DNA of 64,000 nucleotides from Octopus vulgaris (Eukaryota): NCBI GenBank assembly GCA_951406725.2, contig OX597816.1, positions 64,046,001 to 64,110,000 of the forward strand, read 5' to 3'. Shown piece by piece: positions 38,848 to 53,191 of this stretch (position 1 is its first letter; each line of letters starts with the position of its first letter). The notes under the pieces were generated by a model. It saw only the letters and a program-made list of their open reading frames with translations, ran no database searches and was not told where the DNA came from. The position numbers and the translations under genes were made by a program.

Positions 38848-41800
38848 AGGTAGTTTACGAAAAAACAAAAGACGAAGACAAGTGGTGCACAAAACAAACA
38901 GATGTATTAGTATAACGCTCAGGAATAGAAAAACTCTTTTACGTTTCGGGCCTACGCTCTTCCACAGAAAGGACAACAGAAAGAAACAAATAGAGAAACA
39001 AGGAGAGAAAAAATGTGTGTAGTGGCTAACGATCTATCATGGCGTCTGTATATATATATATATTATCTTACATATCTTACAAGTACTCAAACACACACAT
39101 ATATACTCGAGTTTATGTGGGTGTACCTAAAAAACTGAAATGTGTATATAACCACCAGTGTACATAGAAAACTGGAATTAAATAAGGACAGAGCCATGAA
39201 ACTCATTGACTCTATACACTAAAGTGGACCTATAAATGTGAATTAGGCGCAGATGTAACTGGGTGATAACAAGCCTGCTTGACAATTATATGCTTCTGAT
39301 TCCAGTTCCTCTGCATGGCCCCTTGGGCACGTGTCTTCTGTTTTAACTCCTGTCCAACCAAAGCCTTTTCAGTGGATATAGCAGACAGAAATTGAAAAAA
39401 GCTAAAGTGCAGCAATCGTTTTATCTTTGGTAGAGAAATTTGAATTTATTTATGTCAGTCTCCATAATTATATCATTCAATATGCATTTATGAGTGTGTG
39501 AGTGTGTATGTGTGTGTGTGTATCAGAGAGAGAGAGAGAGAGAGAAAGAAAGAAAGAGAAAGAGAGAGAGAGAGAGTGTGTATGTATGTGTGCGTGTGTA
39601 TGAGTGCGTGCATGCGTGTGTGTGTGTGTGCGTGCGTGTGTGTGTCCTTGTGTCTGGATCTATCCCGACTTCCGCTCGGCAAATAGTGTTGATTTGCTTA
39701 TGTACCGGAACTTAGCGTTTCCGCAAGAGAAACCGTTACAATCAACACAAGGATATGAAAAAAATAATACGGTTTTATTCGATTCGTTTGACTACAGTCC
39801 TTCAAGTCACTGCCCCAGCATGACTGAAGCAAATAAAAGATAATTGTTTACGTCTATGTGATTGCTTTGCAAGATTCCTGATGTGATATCGTCTGTTGAA
39901 ACAGATATTGCTATATTTTGGGACGGTTATTTATTTCTTTTTTTGCCAAATACCCGCAGACACTATATACTCGTTCTTCACTTCAGATTTTCTTAATGTC
40001 CTTTGTCTGGAATCGTGCGTCACATATCCTGTGACCTATTCAACGACTCTATCGCATGTGTCTCTTCTCCCACGCGGCACCTCTCCCATACGGCTACTCT
40101 TCCAAGCATTTCCTCTCCCACAAAACTCCTCGCCCATGTGGCTTCTCTCCAACGTCGAATAGAGAGTTACTAAAGAGATCACAGGATGCATGACGGATGA
40201 TTTCGGACAAATGATACTAAATAAGAACAATACTAAATGAAGTACGAGTATAGGGTGCGTGTGTTTATTTGACAAAACAAAGACCATCCCAAATATGGCA
40301 AGAAAATATAAAGGTAATTTATGATTACTGCTACAACAAAAGTTCATTTATGTACGTCAACGTATTCAGCAGACTTACTGAAGTCTTCCTGCTTTGAAAG
40401 ATGTTTTACTGAAAAGTTAAAAATTAATTATCTGCATGCCCGAGGTAAAAAAAAAGTAAATTTATCTCACTTCATTTGGCTAATTGTAAAAAGTTTCTAA
40501 ATTGATGTGGCAGGTATGTTTTTCAAGAATTTTCTATATGAAGTTCAACAGAAATTTTAGAACGTAGTAACAATATAATTTTCATAAACATTGTTTTATT
40601 ATTTATTTTTGATATTTCCATCTTAAAGATGCCATAGAAATGATATTTTGTATCAGAGATATGAGAAAAATATCAAATGCTACCTGCAAGATGAATCTGC
40701 AAAATGTTTGTTTGGTGCTTTATTAAATTTGCATTGCTAAATCTCTAAATTATTATTTTTTTTTTAATGCGAATTCGTGTACACGATTCTTCAAAAATAT
40801 ATGCCACAGACTTCATTAAACTATGTTTCTCATAAATAGATAAAGAAGACATATGTCACATATTTCTTATATATACAACTAAAGGTATGTTTTACTTCTA
40901 CCATTCTTAACAGAGGAATGTCAATGTCCAAAGAGGAGTTGGAACTCTGCAAGCTATATTCTTTTTTTTATATTGTAACTTGATTGTTTCCTTGATAATA
41001 CCATTCTTGTAACTTTACTTTTGTTTCAGGTACCAATTTTTACTGTTATTTCCATTTCTAAATACTTATCTAAATAATTAATTTCGTCCTTTAGGGTCGA
41101 TAAATTAAGTACCATTTAAAAGTTGGAATCGATGTAATCAATTTATCCCTTCACCCCAAATTTCTAGCCCTGTGCCAAAATTTGAAAACAATATTCTATA
41201 GAGAATCAAACGTTAGAAAAAGTCTAATTTTATGCCAAGAGGGATGTCATATCATTTATATCTCCGGCTAAGCATGTTAGACTTAAGGTTTTATTTTTCC
41301 GTAAAAACGTGTCTTATGGTCAGTATCCCCGCGGAAAAATATGTACCGCTGCTATTCTTTATTAGTTTCGGATTAGAAGGTGCTAAATTACTGCATAACG
41401 GATATCCGGTTACTTTTTGAGAACCAGAACTTGATTTTACGATGGAAAGTTCCTGATATTCTACACACCTCAAAGACCCACAGGTGAGTCAAATCAGGAT
41501 GTAGAGAGTTAATCTGTTCACAATTTTACAGGATCTTTTGGGTCGCTGTTAGGATAAGAGGCAGTTGTATTAAGACTGGACCTGACTTGGCCAGAATAGA
41601 TTTTCTCATTTTACAAACAAAATTTTCATATCATAGACCACTACGTACACATGTCATTGCATTCCGTTTGAAGTAGGTGTGTGTAACAGGGTGGGAAACT
41701 GTCCCGAACTGGAGAAACGTCTACATCCAGTAGTATCGCTTTCAATTATTTTAAGAACTCAAGAAATAATTGTCAGAAACTGAATCTCTATAATCATATT

Positions 41801-43519
41801 TGATAGAGTTGCAGACAAGAACAATTTAAACTCGACTCTGCGTAAATATCTGCTGGTGATCGTTCGTTTCCGTTTTCTGTGACGTTATGCGCTTCAATGA
41901 ATATTTTGAACCTGACTAGATTGTTAGTTTATAGCAAGAAAACGTCTCGTTTCAGTAATTTAACAATGTATTACAAGTTAACGAATCATTTGACAGTGTT
42001 ATTGAACTGATTTACGGTTGTGTTTTAGAAGAAGGTGAAGGATTTATTTAGAGTCTGGCAGATTATAAAAATACTGTATTGGTCATGTAGAGGAGAATGG
42101 ATATTGACCGCATAATTTTTGATTTTTAAGGAGAGAAGGGGTAAATTTATCGTAAGAACAGTAACGTAACCCAAATGCTTCAAACGGATTAAATTCCAGT
42201 TAAAGGCCTTGAAATGCCTATTAGTGGGATTAAATTGGTACAAAATTCTATGTCTCCACCTTGGAGAAGAACGGTCTGCCCGATCGAGTTTCACTCAGAT
42301 TTCATCTACAAAATTTCACCGAACAGTCTTTTGTCTATTCGATAATATGGTAGGATATATTTGCTCAAGCTACTGCCTTGTAGAATTGAAATCCAAATCG
42401 CGTAGATTCAAAACAAACATTTTAGCTACCCAAACCTGCCTGTACCCATTTAACCGCACAAATATGTACCTACTCAGCTGGTAGTTATTTAAAGTTTTCC
42501 CTTTGTTTTCCAGCCCTGTAACTATATATCAAGACTAGTTGTACAATTACTGTTTGACATCAACACACATGAAATAAACACCATTGATATACAGTCAGGT
42601 ATATTTGAAACGAAATAAGTTTGTTCAAAGCCACAAATCATTGTTAACAACAAAGGACGAACGCATAACTTATAAACAGAATTAACGGCTCCTTCTTATC
42701 GTTTCACCCGTTGTAACTTTCATGAAGTGCAAACTACGTAACACATAATTTATATGATAGATGAACTGATCTTTTTCTTAGCAGCATGTAGCTAATCACC
42801 AAAATCGAATTACGATTTATCATCATATCTGTCAGTTCATTTAACTCAACTATTGAAGAGCTTATCACAACAGCCTTTAATTATTTATATCATCACATTT
42901 GCCTGTTACATTTCACGAGTAATCATTTCGTTAATTTCTTCGCTCTTCCGCGAACAATTGATTAGCTATCTGGTTGGTTTTGTATTGTGTGCCATTTCTC
43001 GTGAATGCTTATGCATAAGATTTCGTTATGCCGATCAGAAATTAAGTACAATTTACTCTACATTTCCTCACAAAAATACCTCTGATTATGGTATATTAAT
43101 ATGCTGTATGGATAGTAGCATTTATTGTTATGAACATATATCTGCAATAATTAGTCTCAACATTTAATACTTTACCATGCCTCTTCTTTGCTGGCATCAT
43201 AGCAGAACACACACATATACACTCTCTCATACAAATACACAGATTCACGTAGATAGATAGATAGACAGTTGCATACATATATACATACATACAAACACAC
43301 ATACATACGTATATGCATAGACGAAACATTTGAAGCGACAAGTCGCGTATTTGGCGTGGGAGACTAACGAAAATACGACGAATACTATCTCCAACTTTAC
43401 AGTCACAACTCTCAGCCTTGTTTAGTAACTAGTTAATCTTCAGATAAATTAACAGAAGGAGCTTTTTATTCATGACCGTACTGATTTGCTACTGAAACTT
43501 GAATTTAGCATACAGAGAG

Positions 43520-45850
43520 TTACTACAAACAGCATGGCTGGACACAACATCATGAACAACACGATCGAGGAACAGAACGAAAAGAATAGCTCAGCAATTT
43601 CTTTCTAGCTGTAGTTATACAAGAAGCCGTAACCACAAAACTAATTTGTCTTGGAGTTAGGAACTGAATAATGATCTATTTAATTTCTACGAAAAAGCGA
43701 AACAAAAAAAAAACGGCTGTTGGCTGTATGAATCGATTGAAATCATATTGGGACGATCTGTATCGAGAATTAAATCATTTTACTACGAAATAACTACGCC
43801 AACAAGCAACATTTGTAGAGCATAGACAGAAGGTTAGTGACTGTAACTTTATTAAAGAATCGAAAATCAACCTTCTTCCTAACTCTATAAGCAAAAACGA
43901 AAACATGAATGATATAAGACCACCGCGTGGTTTCGCAGCTAGCGGCATTCCAACAGATTCTATAGTGCCTGCCAGCCAAAATACATCACTGGCTCAATTA
44001 ACAGACTTCTGGCCCCTACAACTATGATAAATAGCAGGCACAACCGCAACGAAACTGAATAATGATATACTTAGCCCTTTTGTCGTAATTTTCTTATGCA
44101 CAAGTCCTGCTATAACAAAGAAAATATTGTTAATTTGTAAGAAGACACTGGCAAGCAAACTCCACCTTCTGGGGTACATATTAACAGTCATTTTACATTA
44201 TTTTTTCTGCAGCGGTTATAATCATCTCTACATGATATAGGTCTGTTCTATCCTAAAAAATCCTGACCCAGTTATCTCCCATAGTCCTGTGATGAATATT
44301 GTGCCTTTCAACTCTCCATGACCAGCAATGATTTCTTAGTACAGTCTTTTTTTTATCAAGAATGTTGTCCCACTACAATTCGCTTCCTGTGAAGCCATTA
44401 ACTCCCATCTTTTGAATAGGAATATTGAACAGCGTCACCGCCACCCATACATTTAAGAGTTTATAATGATCATATTTACAGCCTCTTCCATCAGTCGAAA
44501 TGATTACGAAAACGTAAACTGTTGATTAACTCCAAGGTGAACTTTGATTACTTAGAACGGTAAAGAAAGTCGTCACCATCTTCACTGTGCCATTGATTAT
44601 GTATCTCGGATTGCATTGACAGAATGTGAACATAATGAACTAAAAACGTTAGGATGTAGGAATCTGGCTGCCATTTCTAACATTAGCGAGCCTCCAGAAG
44701 AAATATCGCTCCACGATTCAATATACAAACTTTATCCAACGATGGCGCTTCTTGATAAATTATTTGTTGTATATGAAGGCAGTTGAATATCTAAAACAGT
44801 GGAACATCTTACAATCTGTTCTCAGTATTCAGTTTCGTCTCTCCCCGTCGAATACAATTTGATTTCGTGTTTCAAACCTTAGGCTGCACGCGTATTTAAT
44901 TGGTAACAAGCATCGATTGGTAACAAGCAAGATTTTGTTTTGTCATACCTTGACATAGCCCGTAAAAGTGTTTCTGCCATATCTTCGAAGCTTGTAGGTG
45001 AAATTTGGTGGACGATATCTGTCTCAGAATGAGTGCTACTATAACTGAGTGATCACATTAGGTTTAACATTGCTTGGCTATTCGGCGTATTTCTCGGAGT
45101 CCATTCTATTGCACACATTATGATTAGATTTATGGGCTGAGGATATCTTCCCTTCTACCACTCAGTAAATTTGGATATTCGGAGAAGAGTCATGAATTCC
45201 ACTTCTTTTCCTCCCACTAAGTGATGTCAAACAAACAGGGATTATGAGGCACTGATTTATAAACAGGTATCCATTATACTGGCATCCACCTAACACATGT
45301 ATAGTCCGGCGTAAAAGCAAAAGCATCATTCTTTAATATAGAACGCATGTAAGAGGGTGGACTGGCTGAATCGTTAGCACGCCAAGGAAAATGCTTAGTG
45401 CCATTTTGTCTGTCTTGACGTTCCGAGTTCAAAGTACCACCGAGGTCAACTTTGCCTCTCATCCTTTCCAGGTCGGTAAAATAAGTCTCAGTTGAGTATT
45501 GGGATTGTTGTTACCAGCTCATCCCTATACTGAAAATGTTGGCATTGTACAATTTGAGACCAAAGTAGAATGCATGTAATAATTTTTTTCTTTACATCAA
45601 AAGCTTATTAAGCAACACTTGAATATTTCGGTGAAAGAAAAGATGGAAAAAGAAGTTTCAATCACACGTAATAGTTCTGTGTAGATGTTCACTTACAAAG
45701 AACACTGAGAAGTAAAAGTCTGGTGGAATTGTCAAAGCTAGAGAAGTATAATGATCATGTAACTCCAATTTAAAAGGACGAACACAAGGGTACCTATATA
45801 TAAAACACTCCTTGATAACAGTGGTTATTTAAAATGTTAGGTTATAAGTG
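43520..45850 (+). mobile_element. Heavily decayed APE-type LINE (CR1/L2/Jockey-like), interrupted by a family C SINE at ~45352-45560
   Basis: Only scattered motifs: LAVVIQE-like at ~43605 and VDDI-like at ~45008; no long ORF. Confidence 0.35.
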
Positions 45851-46770
45851 GCGTGCTTTAATAATTAAATTACATACATTCGCAAACTCATTCAATAACT
45901 GTAAATCATCTTTATGTTCTTTATTGCCAAATTCAGAATCATAATATTAAAAAAGAAAAAAAAATCTAATGCCCTCTACCAATTGATCAATCTAAATTAT
46001 ACTTTCCTATTTCTATTTATTTATTTTTCTTTTGTAGTTATTTCGTTTTTCTCAACTTGTTTGGAGCTCTTTCATATTCTAGATGTATATAGATTTAAAC
46101 TGCCATATTTCTTGACTTAAGAGTTTACTGACTACACAATTTGGGTGATTAAATTTTTCCTGAACGTATTTATCAATGTAAATATTCTAACTTGAAAGTA
46201 AGAGTCCTTGTACTGAATACGAAATAAATAGAACGAAATGTCATCCGTTATTTTCCGTCTCTTTTCATTCTCTTACAACACCAACAAATAGCATACGTCT
46301 AGACAGAGAATAATTGATTTACTTGCAATACAACTCCGACTGTAAATATATTTCTATGAAAATCGATTACTTGAAACAGCTTTTCACTGCAATGATTCCC
46401 AACACTGATCAAAACCGAATCTTTCAGAGTAAACAAGGATTGAATTAGAGCAGACTGGTTTTTGATCAGAATTACGCTTGTGATCAAGATGACAGACCTA
46501 TTATATTCTGTGACAAATATCTCAGTGTGAAAGCCACTAATTTAACAATTACATCAAATTTTGTATTTATTATATCAATCTTTTTGACTCTTCTACTGGC
46601 TTCTGTCAATGCACAGCGGTCATGCTGGAACACTGTTGATCAGTTCGATCGTAGTACTTATTTGTGAATACAGAAATTATTCAATCGGTTCGGTTTCACT
46701 GAAAGTCTTAGCGACAAGATGTAAATAAAGAAACATCGGATGAAAAGTGGGGAAATAAAATGACGAAGAC

Positions 46771-46949
46771 AGGCGTGTAGGCAGGTGGCTGTGTGGTAAG
46801 TAACTTGCTTATCAACAACATTGTTCCAAGTTCATTCCCAATGCGGGGAAACTTGGACGAGAGTCTTCCACTTAACCCTCGGCCGACCAAAGTAATGTGA
46901 GTGAATTTTGTAAGCGAAATCTGAAAGAACCTGTTGCATATATGCGCGC

Positions 46950-46985
<36 letters not shown>

Positions 46986-47172
46986 ATGTCTGGGCTTGTC
47001 TCCACCACCGCTTGAAAACCGATGTTGTTCAGTTTCTTTCCCCGTAACTAAGCAGTTCGGCAAATGACGCTTTAAGCACAATCTGTACCGCGGTCGATTC
47101 ATTCGACTAAAAATACTTCAAGGCTCTGTTCCACTATGGTCGCAGTCTAATAACTGAGGTAAGTAAAAGAAA
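46771..47172 (+). mobile_element. SINE family A diverged copy
   Basis: GGCAGGTGGCTGTGTGGTAAG head, internal (TG)n, AAGTAAAAGA tail. Confidence 0.75.
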
Positions 47173-47227
47173 AAGGATAAATATATATGTGTGTGTGTGT
47201 GTCTGGCAATCGCGATGGAGTATGATT

Positions 47228-47547
47228 CTTATTTCTTTATTGCCCATACGGGGCTAAATATAGAGAGGACAAGCAAGGAAAGACAAACAGTGCGTAACTG
47301 GTACTTAATTTATCGACCCCGAAAGTATGAAAGGCAAAGTCGACCTCAGCGGAATTTGAACTCAGAACGTAACGGCAAACGAAATACCTATTTCTTTATT
47401 GGTCACAAGGGGCTAAACACAGAGAGGACAAACGGATTAAATCGATTACATTGACCCCAGTGCGCAACTGGTACTTAATTTATTGACCCCGAAACGATGA
47501 AAAGCAAAGTCGACCTCGTGCTAATGTTTCTTCCAGCTCGCCGCCTT
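47228..47547 (-). mobile_element. SINE family C dimer with internal deletions
   Basis: Two cores with the GAAATACCTATTTC junction at ~47381. Confidence 0.85.
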
Positions 47548-48045
47548 ATGCAATGGAGTATGATTCTGTTGCAGGAAAAAAGTCCTTTTTTTAAAATCGT
47601 GTGGCTCTTCTTCAACTATAAATTTGTTACTCTTTTCCCATGCAGTCTCTATCCTGCTTCATTCAAATGCAATTTAATGAGATACTTAGAATGGATTTTG
47701 GGCCTCCTCATAACTAAATTCCATACAATAATGTAGAACACATCACTGGGAATTTTAGTGGGTGTGTGCTGTTAAAATATACACACACGTTCCGAGAAAT
47801 AATTTACGCATACATTTTTTCCTAAAGTCTATAGCAATACTTGGATACACTCCTACAAAGAGACCCCTTTTTTTAAATCACTATATAACCATATTCCTAC
47901 CTTACCCAATGGTTTTCCTCTTGCTTCTCACTTTTGCATTTCTTTCATATATTTTTTAAAACTTACGTTTAAAGCATTGTGTTGTCTCCTCTTTTGTATT
48001 TGTTTGTTTGTTTGTTTGCTTGTTTCTTTCTTTCTTTCTTATTTT

Positions 48046-48690
48046 GTCTCTTATATACGAAATGGCGCTGAAAAATTCCTGACTTGAAGGGTATCACGAA
48101 AGACCTCGTTCGAAGCTCAACCTTTCGAGTTCTTTTACAGAGCCTAGAAGAACCGAAGGACTGCTGCAATAGCGCGTGAATCTGCGAGGGGAATATATTG
48201 AAAAAAATAACAATAGGCGCAGGAGTGGCTGTGTGGTAAGTAGCTTGCTAACCAGCCACATGGTTCCGGGTTCAGTCCCACTGCGTGGCATCATGGGCAA
48301 GTGTCTTCTGCTATAGCCCCGGGCCGACCAATGCCTTGTGAGTGGATTTGGTAGACGGAAACTGAAAGAAGCCCGTCGTATATATGTATATGTATATATA
48401 TGTATGTGTGTGTGTGTTTGTGTGTCTGTGTTTGTCCCCCTAGCATTGCTTGACAGCCGATGCTGGTGTGTTTACGTCCCCGTCACTTAGCAGTTCGGCA
48501 AAAGAGACCGATAGAATAAGTACTGGGCTTACAAAGAATAAGTCCCGGGGTCGATATGCTCGACTAAAGGCGGTGCTCCAGCATGGCCGCAGTCAAATGA
48601 CTGAAACAAGTAAAAGAGTAAAAGAGTAATTAACTGATCCTCTTGTATTTTCTTTTACCCAAAGCCAAGAACATTTCAGTAACCCGTATA
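48046..48690 (+). mobile_element. Non-autonomous mariner derivative (~240 bp) split by a SINE; second copy at 51538-51745
   Basis: TACGA..CTGAAAAATTCCTGACTT / AAAGCCAAGAACATTTCAG..CGTA ends. The 51538 copy translates GLEKLKDLCNKYVNLRREYVQ*, like a mariner C-terminus. Confidence 0.7.
48215..48628 (+). mobile_element. SINE family A full-length, well-preserved copy (tRNA head + CORE-like segment; possibly OR2-type)
   Basis: A box TGGCTGTGTGG, B box GGTTCAGTCCC, TGGGCAAGTGTCTT, internal (TA)/(TG), (GTAAAAGA)n tail. Confidence 0.9.
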
Positions 48691-48769
48691 CACCCCCACT
48701 CACTCCGAACCCCACACACACATGTGTGTGTGTGTGTGTGTGTGTGTAGTGGTTGTCTACTCTTATGCA

Positions 48770-49345
48770 GAGACTAACCACCACTTATATCCCTCATAGC
48801 GTCTGATGTGGCCTTTTAAACCAAACAATGCATTGAAAAGAAACCCACATCGATTGCATATCTGATTCGAACCACCAAGAGCTGCAGTTAACTTCTGATC
48901 ATTGTGGATCTTAAACTGTTAGATTTGCAGACCTTGTGGCATACACGGCAATGAAAAGTTTTAACAGATATACAGGTAGAGTAATTGGTGAAGGTTCGTT
49001 TTCCATGGGCCCGCAAATGAGAGTTGAGCTCAGCAAAAGAAAGCCATGGTCTGTCACAAACTGTAAACACAAAAACATTACTGAGATTCACCTTCCCGAT
49101 CGCAACATTTATCTTTACATCTCTGTTGGGTCTTGCATGTGGCATCCAGGCCTCCTCAAAAGCTTTCTCTCCACTATACACTTTTGTTCGTCATCCAGCT
49201 CGATCCGAAGCAGGGGATTCTATGGCCTTTGAATCCATTCCAAGTGATTCATCTCATCATAGTCCCTACGCCGTCTTTTTACACCGATTGCCTTTCCCCA
49301 TATGCAAGGTCCTGTAGTTTCTTTTACTCCAAGCCATGAACATAT
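48770..49345 (-). mobile_element. RTE LINE 3' portion with C2H2 fingers (same family as 37600-38790)
   Basis: VCDRPWLSFAELNSHLRAH and FHCRVCHKVCKS. Confidence 0.8.
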
Positions 49346-49353
49346 CAGCAGCA

Positions 49354-49412
<59 letters not shown>

Positions 49413-49414
49413 GT

Positions 49415-49800
49415 TCTTTTATCCTTTTATTTGATTCAGTCATTTGCCTGCTCACATGCTGGAGCACCGCCTTTAGTCGAGCAGATCGACCCCAGGACTT
49501 ATTCTTTGTAAGCCTAGTACTCATTCTATCGGTGTCTTTTCCAGCATCGGTTATCAAGCGATGTTGTGGGGGACAAGCAGAGACACACAAACACACGGAC
49601 AGACAGACACACGCACACACACACACACACACATACACACACATATACACGACGTGCATCTTTCAGTTTCCGTCTACTAAATTCACTCAGAAGGCCTTGG
49701 TCGACCCGAGGCTATGGCAGAAGGTGTCAGACAGTGAAACTGAACCCGGAACCATGTGGTTGGTAAGCAAGCAACTAACCACACAGCCCCTCCTGCGCCT
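49415..49800 (-). mobile_element. SINE family A copy
   Basis: Reverse complement of the family A sequence, with deletions. Confidence 0.85.
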
Positions 49801-49996
49801 ATACATATATATGAGAAGGTAGTGAATATTCCTGAGTAGTACTCCTAATTTTTACCTTACTGGTCATTTAAAGGTTGCAAAAACCTTTGTAAATACTTCG
49901 AAATATGACGAAGTTACCAAAACATCTTGCAAAGCAATTTCCGCACCTACATAATTTCAACTCATGCATTTCCGCAGCTCTTGGGATATATATATT

Positions 49997-50066
<70 letters not shown>

Positions 50067-50185
50067 CATATTTTTTCTTAATAGAATTGAAGGATAAAAT
50101 CACGTTAATGATTATATCAGGTAGCCAACATGCAATAAAAACTTACAGGTAATTTATATTTTAAACCAACAATTATATATATGTA

Positions 50186-50244
<59 letters not shown>

Positions 50245-51290
50245 TGTGTACGACGGGCTCTCTTCAGTTTCTATCTACCAAGTCCACTCACGAACCTTAG
50301 GCCTGCCGAGACTAAAAAGAAGATACTTACCCAAGCTGCTATGCCGTGGACCTGAACCTAGAACCTTAGAACCATGAAGTTGTGAAGCATATTTTTTGTT
50401 ACTGGAAATCCATGATTGCGCGAATAATATTTTTATTTATTCAGTTTCATCTGCACAGAAGCCATGTAAACTTGTAGCTGTTGTTATCACTGCTAAAGTT
50501 TCGAACTCACTATATACCCACAAGAAATGAAGAACTGAATGCATCCCTCCAACATATGACAAAATTTCAGTATGGCGCATACTTTTATGGCGAATATAAT
50601 ATTTTCTGCAAATGCTGTTTGCAAATTTATCAGGAAATATTGTGCGGAAGAATCTGCAAGAAGTCACAAATTCTGATCTTTTATTGAAAATTGCAAACAA
50701 GCGTAATGGCATGTGTTCTCGATATATGGACCCATTTCCTGTTCGGCAGGGTAGAGTGAATGGTACTTTGTTACTTTTGAAATATTTGTCGTGTTGTATT
50801 TTTTACTCTAAGCGAATTTCTCCCAGCAGTCTGTGAGTGTTTGGGGTTTATGTACAATGTTGCTTTTCTTAGTGTAATTTTAATATTGCATTTTGCTCTT
50901 CGTCGATTTCCAATACATGTATGCGTATATGTGTGCATATGCATGTATGTGTGTGTATGTGTGTATATATATATATATATTCATGTTTGTGTGCGTGTAT
51001 GTGAAGCACGGGTGAATAGTTCATAATATCGTTATGCAAACATGAGGAAATTAATTTGTTCCCACAATACAGCACTTTGGATACTTGTCTAGAATTGCAC
51101 CTTAGGTTCAAACCAAGTTTTGCGAGAGAAATTGGAAAGATATAAAGTCTTAGATAAAGTGTAAAAGGGATGCGAAGAAGTAGGAATGTCATATTCTGGG
51201 TCACGCTGATTCTGCTTGTTGGGATTCTCGGTATCGGAAACAGTGAGAAATTAAATTATTTTTTATATTTGCTTCTTTATGTAATTATAT

Positions 51291-51361
<71 letters not shown>

Positions 51362-51365
51362 TAAT

Positions 51366-51409
<44 letters not shown>

Positions 51410-51483
51410 GTAGATAGATAGATAGGTAGATAGATAGATATATACATATATATATATGCATATATACATTTATACACACATAT

Positions 51484-51537
<54 letters not shown>

Positions 51538-51539
<2 letters not shown>

Positions 51540-51745
51540 GAAAAGTTCCTAGCTTTACGGCCATCGCGAAAGGCTTGGACGGAGACCCAACCTCTCGAGT
51601 TGCTTTACAGGGCTTAGAAAAACTGAAGGACCTCTGCAATAAGTATGTGAATCTGAGAAGGGAATATGTTCAATAAAATCATAATTAGCTGATTCTCCTG
51701 TACTTACTTTTTCCCAAAGCCAGAGACTTTCAGCAGCCCCTCGTA
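51538..51745 (+). mobile_element. Non-autonomous mariner derivative
   Basis: Transposase C-terminal remnant and a right TIR ending CAGCCCCTCG-TA. Confidence 0.75.
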
Positions 51746-52865
51746 TATAAGTCTATTTGCATATTTTACGAAGAACATTTTATATATTTTTACCTGAATA
51801 TAAAAAGAGGTTTCATATATAATATTTCAAGGGTTGAATAGAAACGTCTGACGGAAACATAACGGAAAATTCATTAAAAAAACAAATAGGAAAATCGACA
51901 AAAGTATGATATACGAAAAGTTCCCAACTGATACCTCATCAGTCAATGTTCAAAAACATCCTAGTAGTCTCGTGCTTTTAACATTGATACTACTCCGATT
52001 TTAGTAGCGCCAAGCCAAGAAGCATCTAGGAATAGCTAACGAATGTATACAAGAACAAATGCAACAAGACGGGTGAAAAATATAAAACAATTGTACGTAT
52101 ACAACAAAAAATAATAAAGTAATAATACAAATACAACAGAAAAATATTACATATACAAGAGAAAAGGGCCTTTCGACTATGCTACAGTTAAAGAATAATT
52201 ATACATATACACCATATATGACAGAACAACGCCTTCGTATGTAATACCAGACTGGAGCTCAATCACTATTATAGATTTATATAGTTTAGTTGTCTTATAA
52301 CGTAACATATACATAGAAAATACAAAATGAGCACGTTTCACCAATTCTAAGTCTTTGTGTTTACTTGGAACTTTTAAGAAATAGTAGAGTAACCTCTCCA
52401 AATGCATCATTTGCCCAACTCTAAAGCACCTGATGTAAAATAACATCTTCTAAATTTGCCACATCTGATCAGGAAACCAATAAGGCAGCCTCCGTGGAGC
52501 CGGTGACTAGTTTAAGAGTAGCACTCAATATCTTCCATAGGACACATCTTAGACTATTAAAGGAAATAATTTTAAATTTCGATTGAATACAATCCTAGAC
52601 AAACACTACCTGAGAACATTTAAGGATAAGTAGTTTTTCATTACAGGCCCCTTAATTAGAGTTTACCTGCGTGTAAGAAAAAAATGATAATTAATAAATA
52701 AATAGCTGCAAATGTTGCAATATCACAGGTCCACTCGGTCAGAGCTTACTTGCAAAGTGACCAGAAGACAAATAATATGAACACTTGCTCTAGGTTACTT
52801 AGTCGGCTTAATCATCACAGGCCTAATGTTAAAGATTGATAACATGTGACAGATTATACTTCTGC

Positions 52866-53051
52866 TCAATAAGAGCTGTCTTCTAAACAACATCGATAAC
52901 AGCTGAGACAGCTGCTGCTGTAGCAACTAGACATATTGTCGATACAAAAGTAGCTGTCCTGGGGCCAAACCACAACACCTGCATCCAGATCATAGTTTTC
53001 TTTAATCAAAGCTGAACTAGTGATAACTAGCGGCGACAGCAACACCAACAT
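52866..53051 (-). CDS. Putative small secreted six-cysteine peptide, big-defensin-like (gene or pseudogene)
   Basis: MLVLLSPLVITSSA-LIKENYDLDAGVVVWPQ-DSYFCIDNMSSCYSSSCLSCYRCCLEDSSY*. An upstream in-frame ATG at 53096 is separated from it by one TAG. Confidence 0.5.
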   Translation of the reverse strand: MLVLLSPLVITSSALIKENYDLDAGVVVWPQDSYFCIDNMSSCYSSSCLSCYRCCLEDSSY

Positions 53052-53191
53052 GGTAAGCAGCAGCAGTGTCTAGGCTTTCACAAATTTAGCTGACATAAGG
53101 CTAGACAATCAAAATATAAGCAGCAAAATGAACAGGTCGTAGGTACCGTTATCCACGGATAAACAAGAGTAAGGTAGTAACAACAGCAGCA

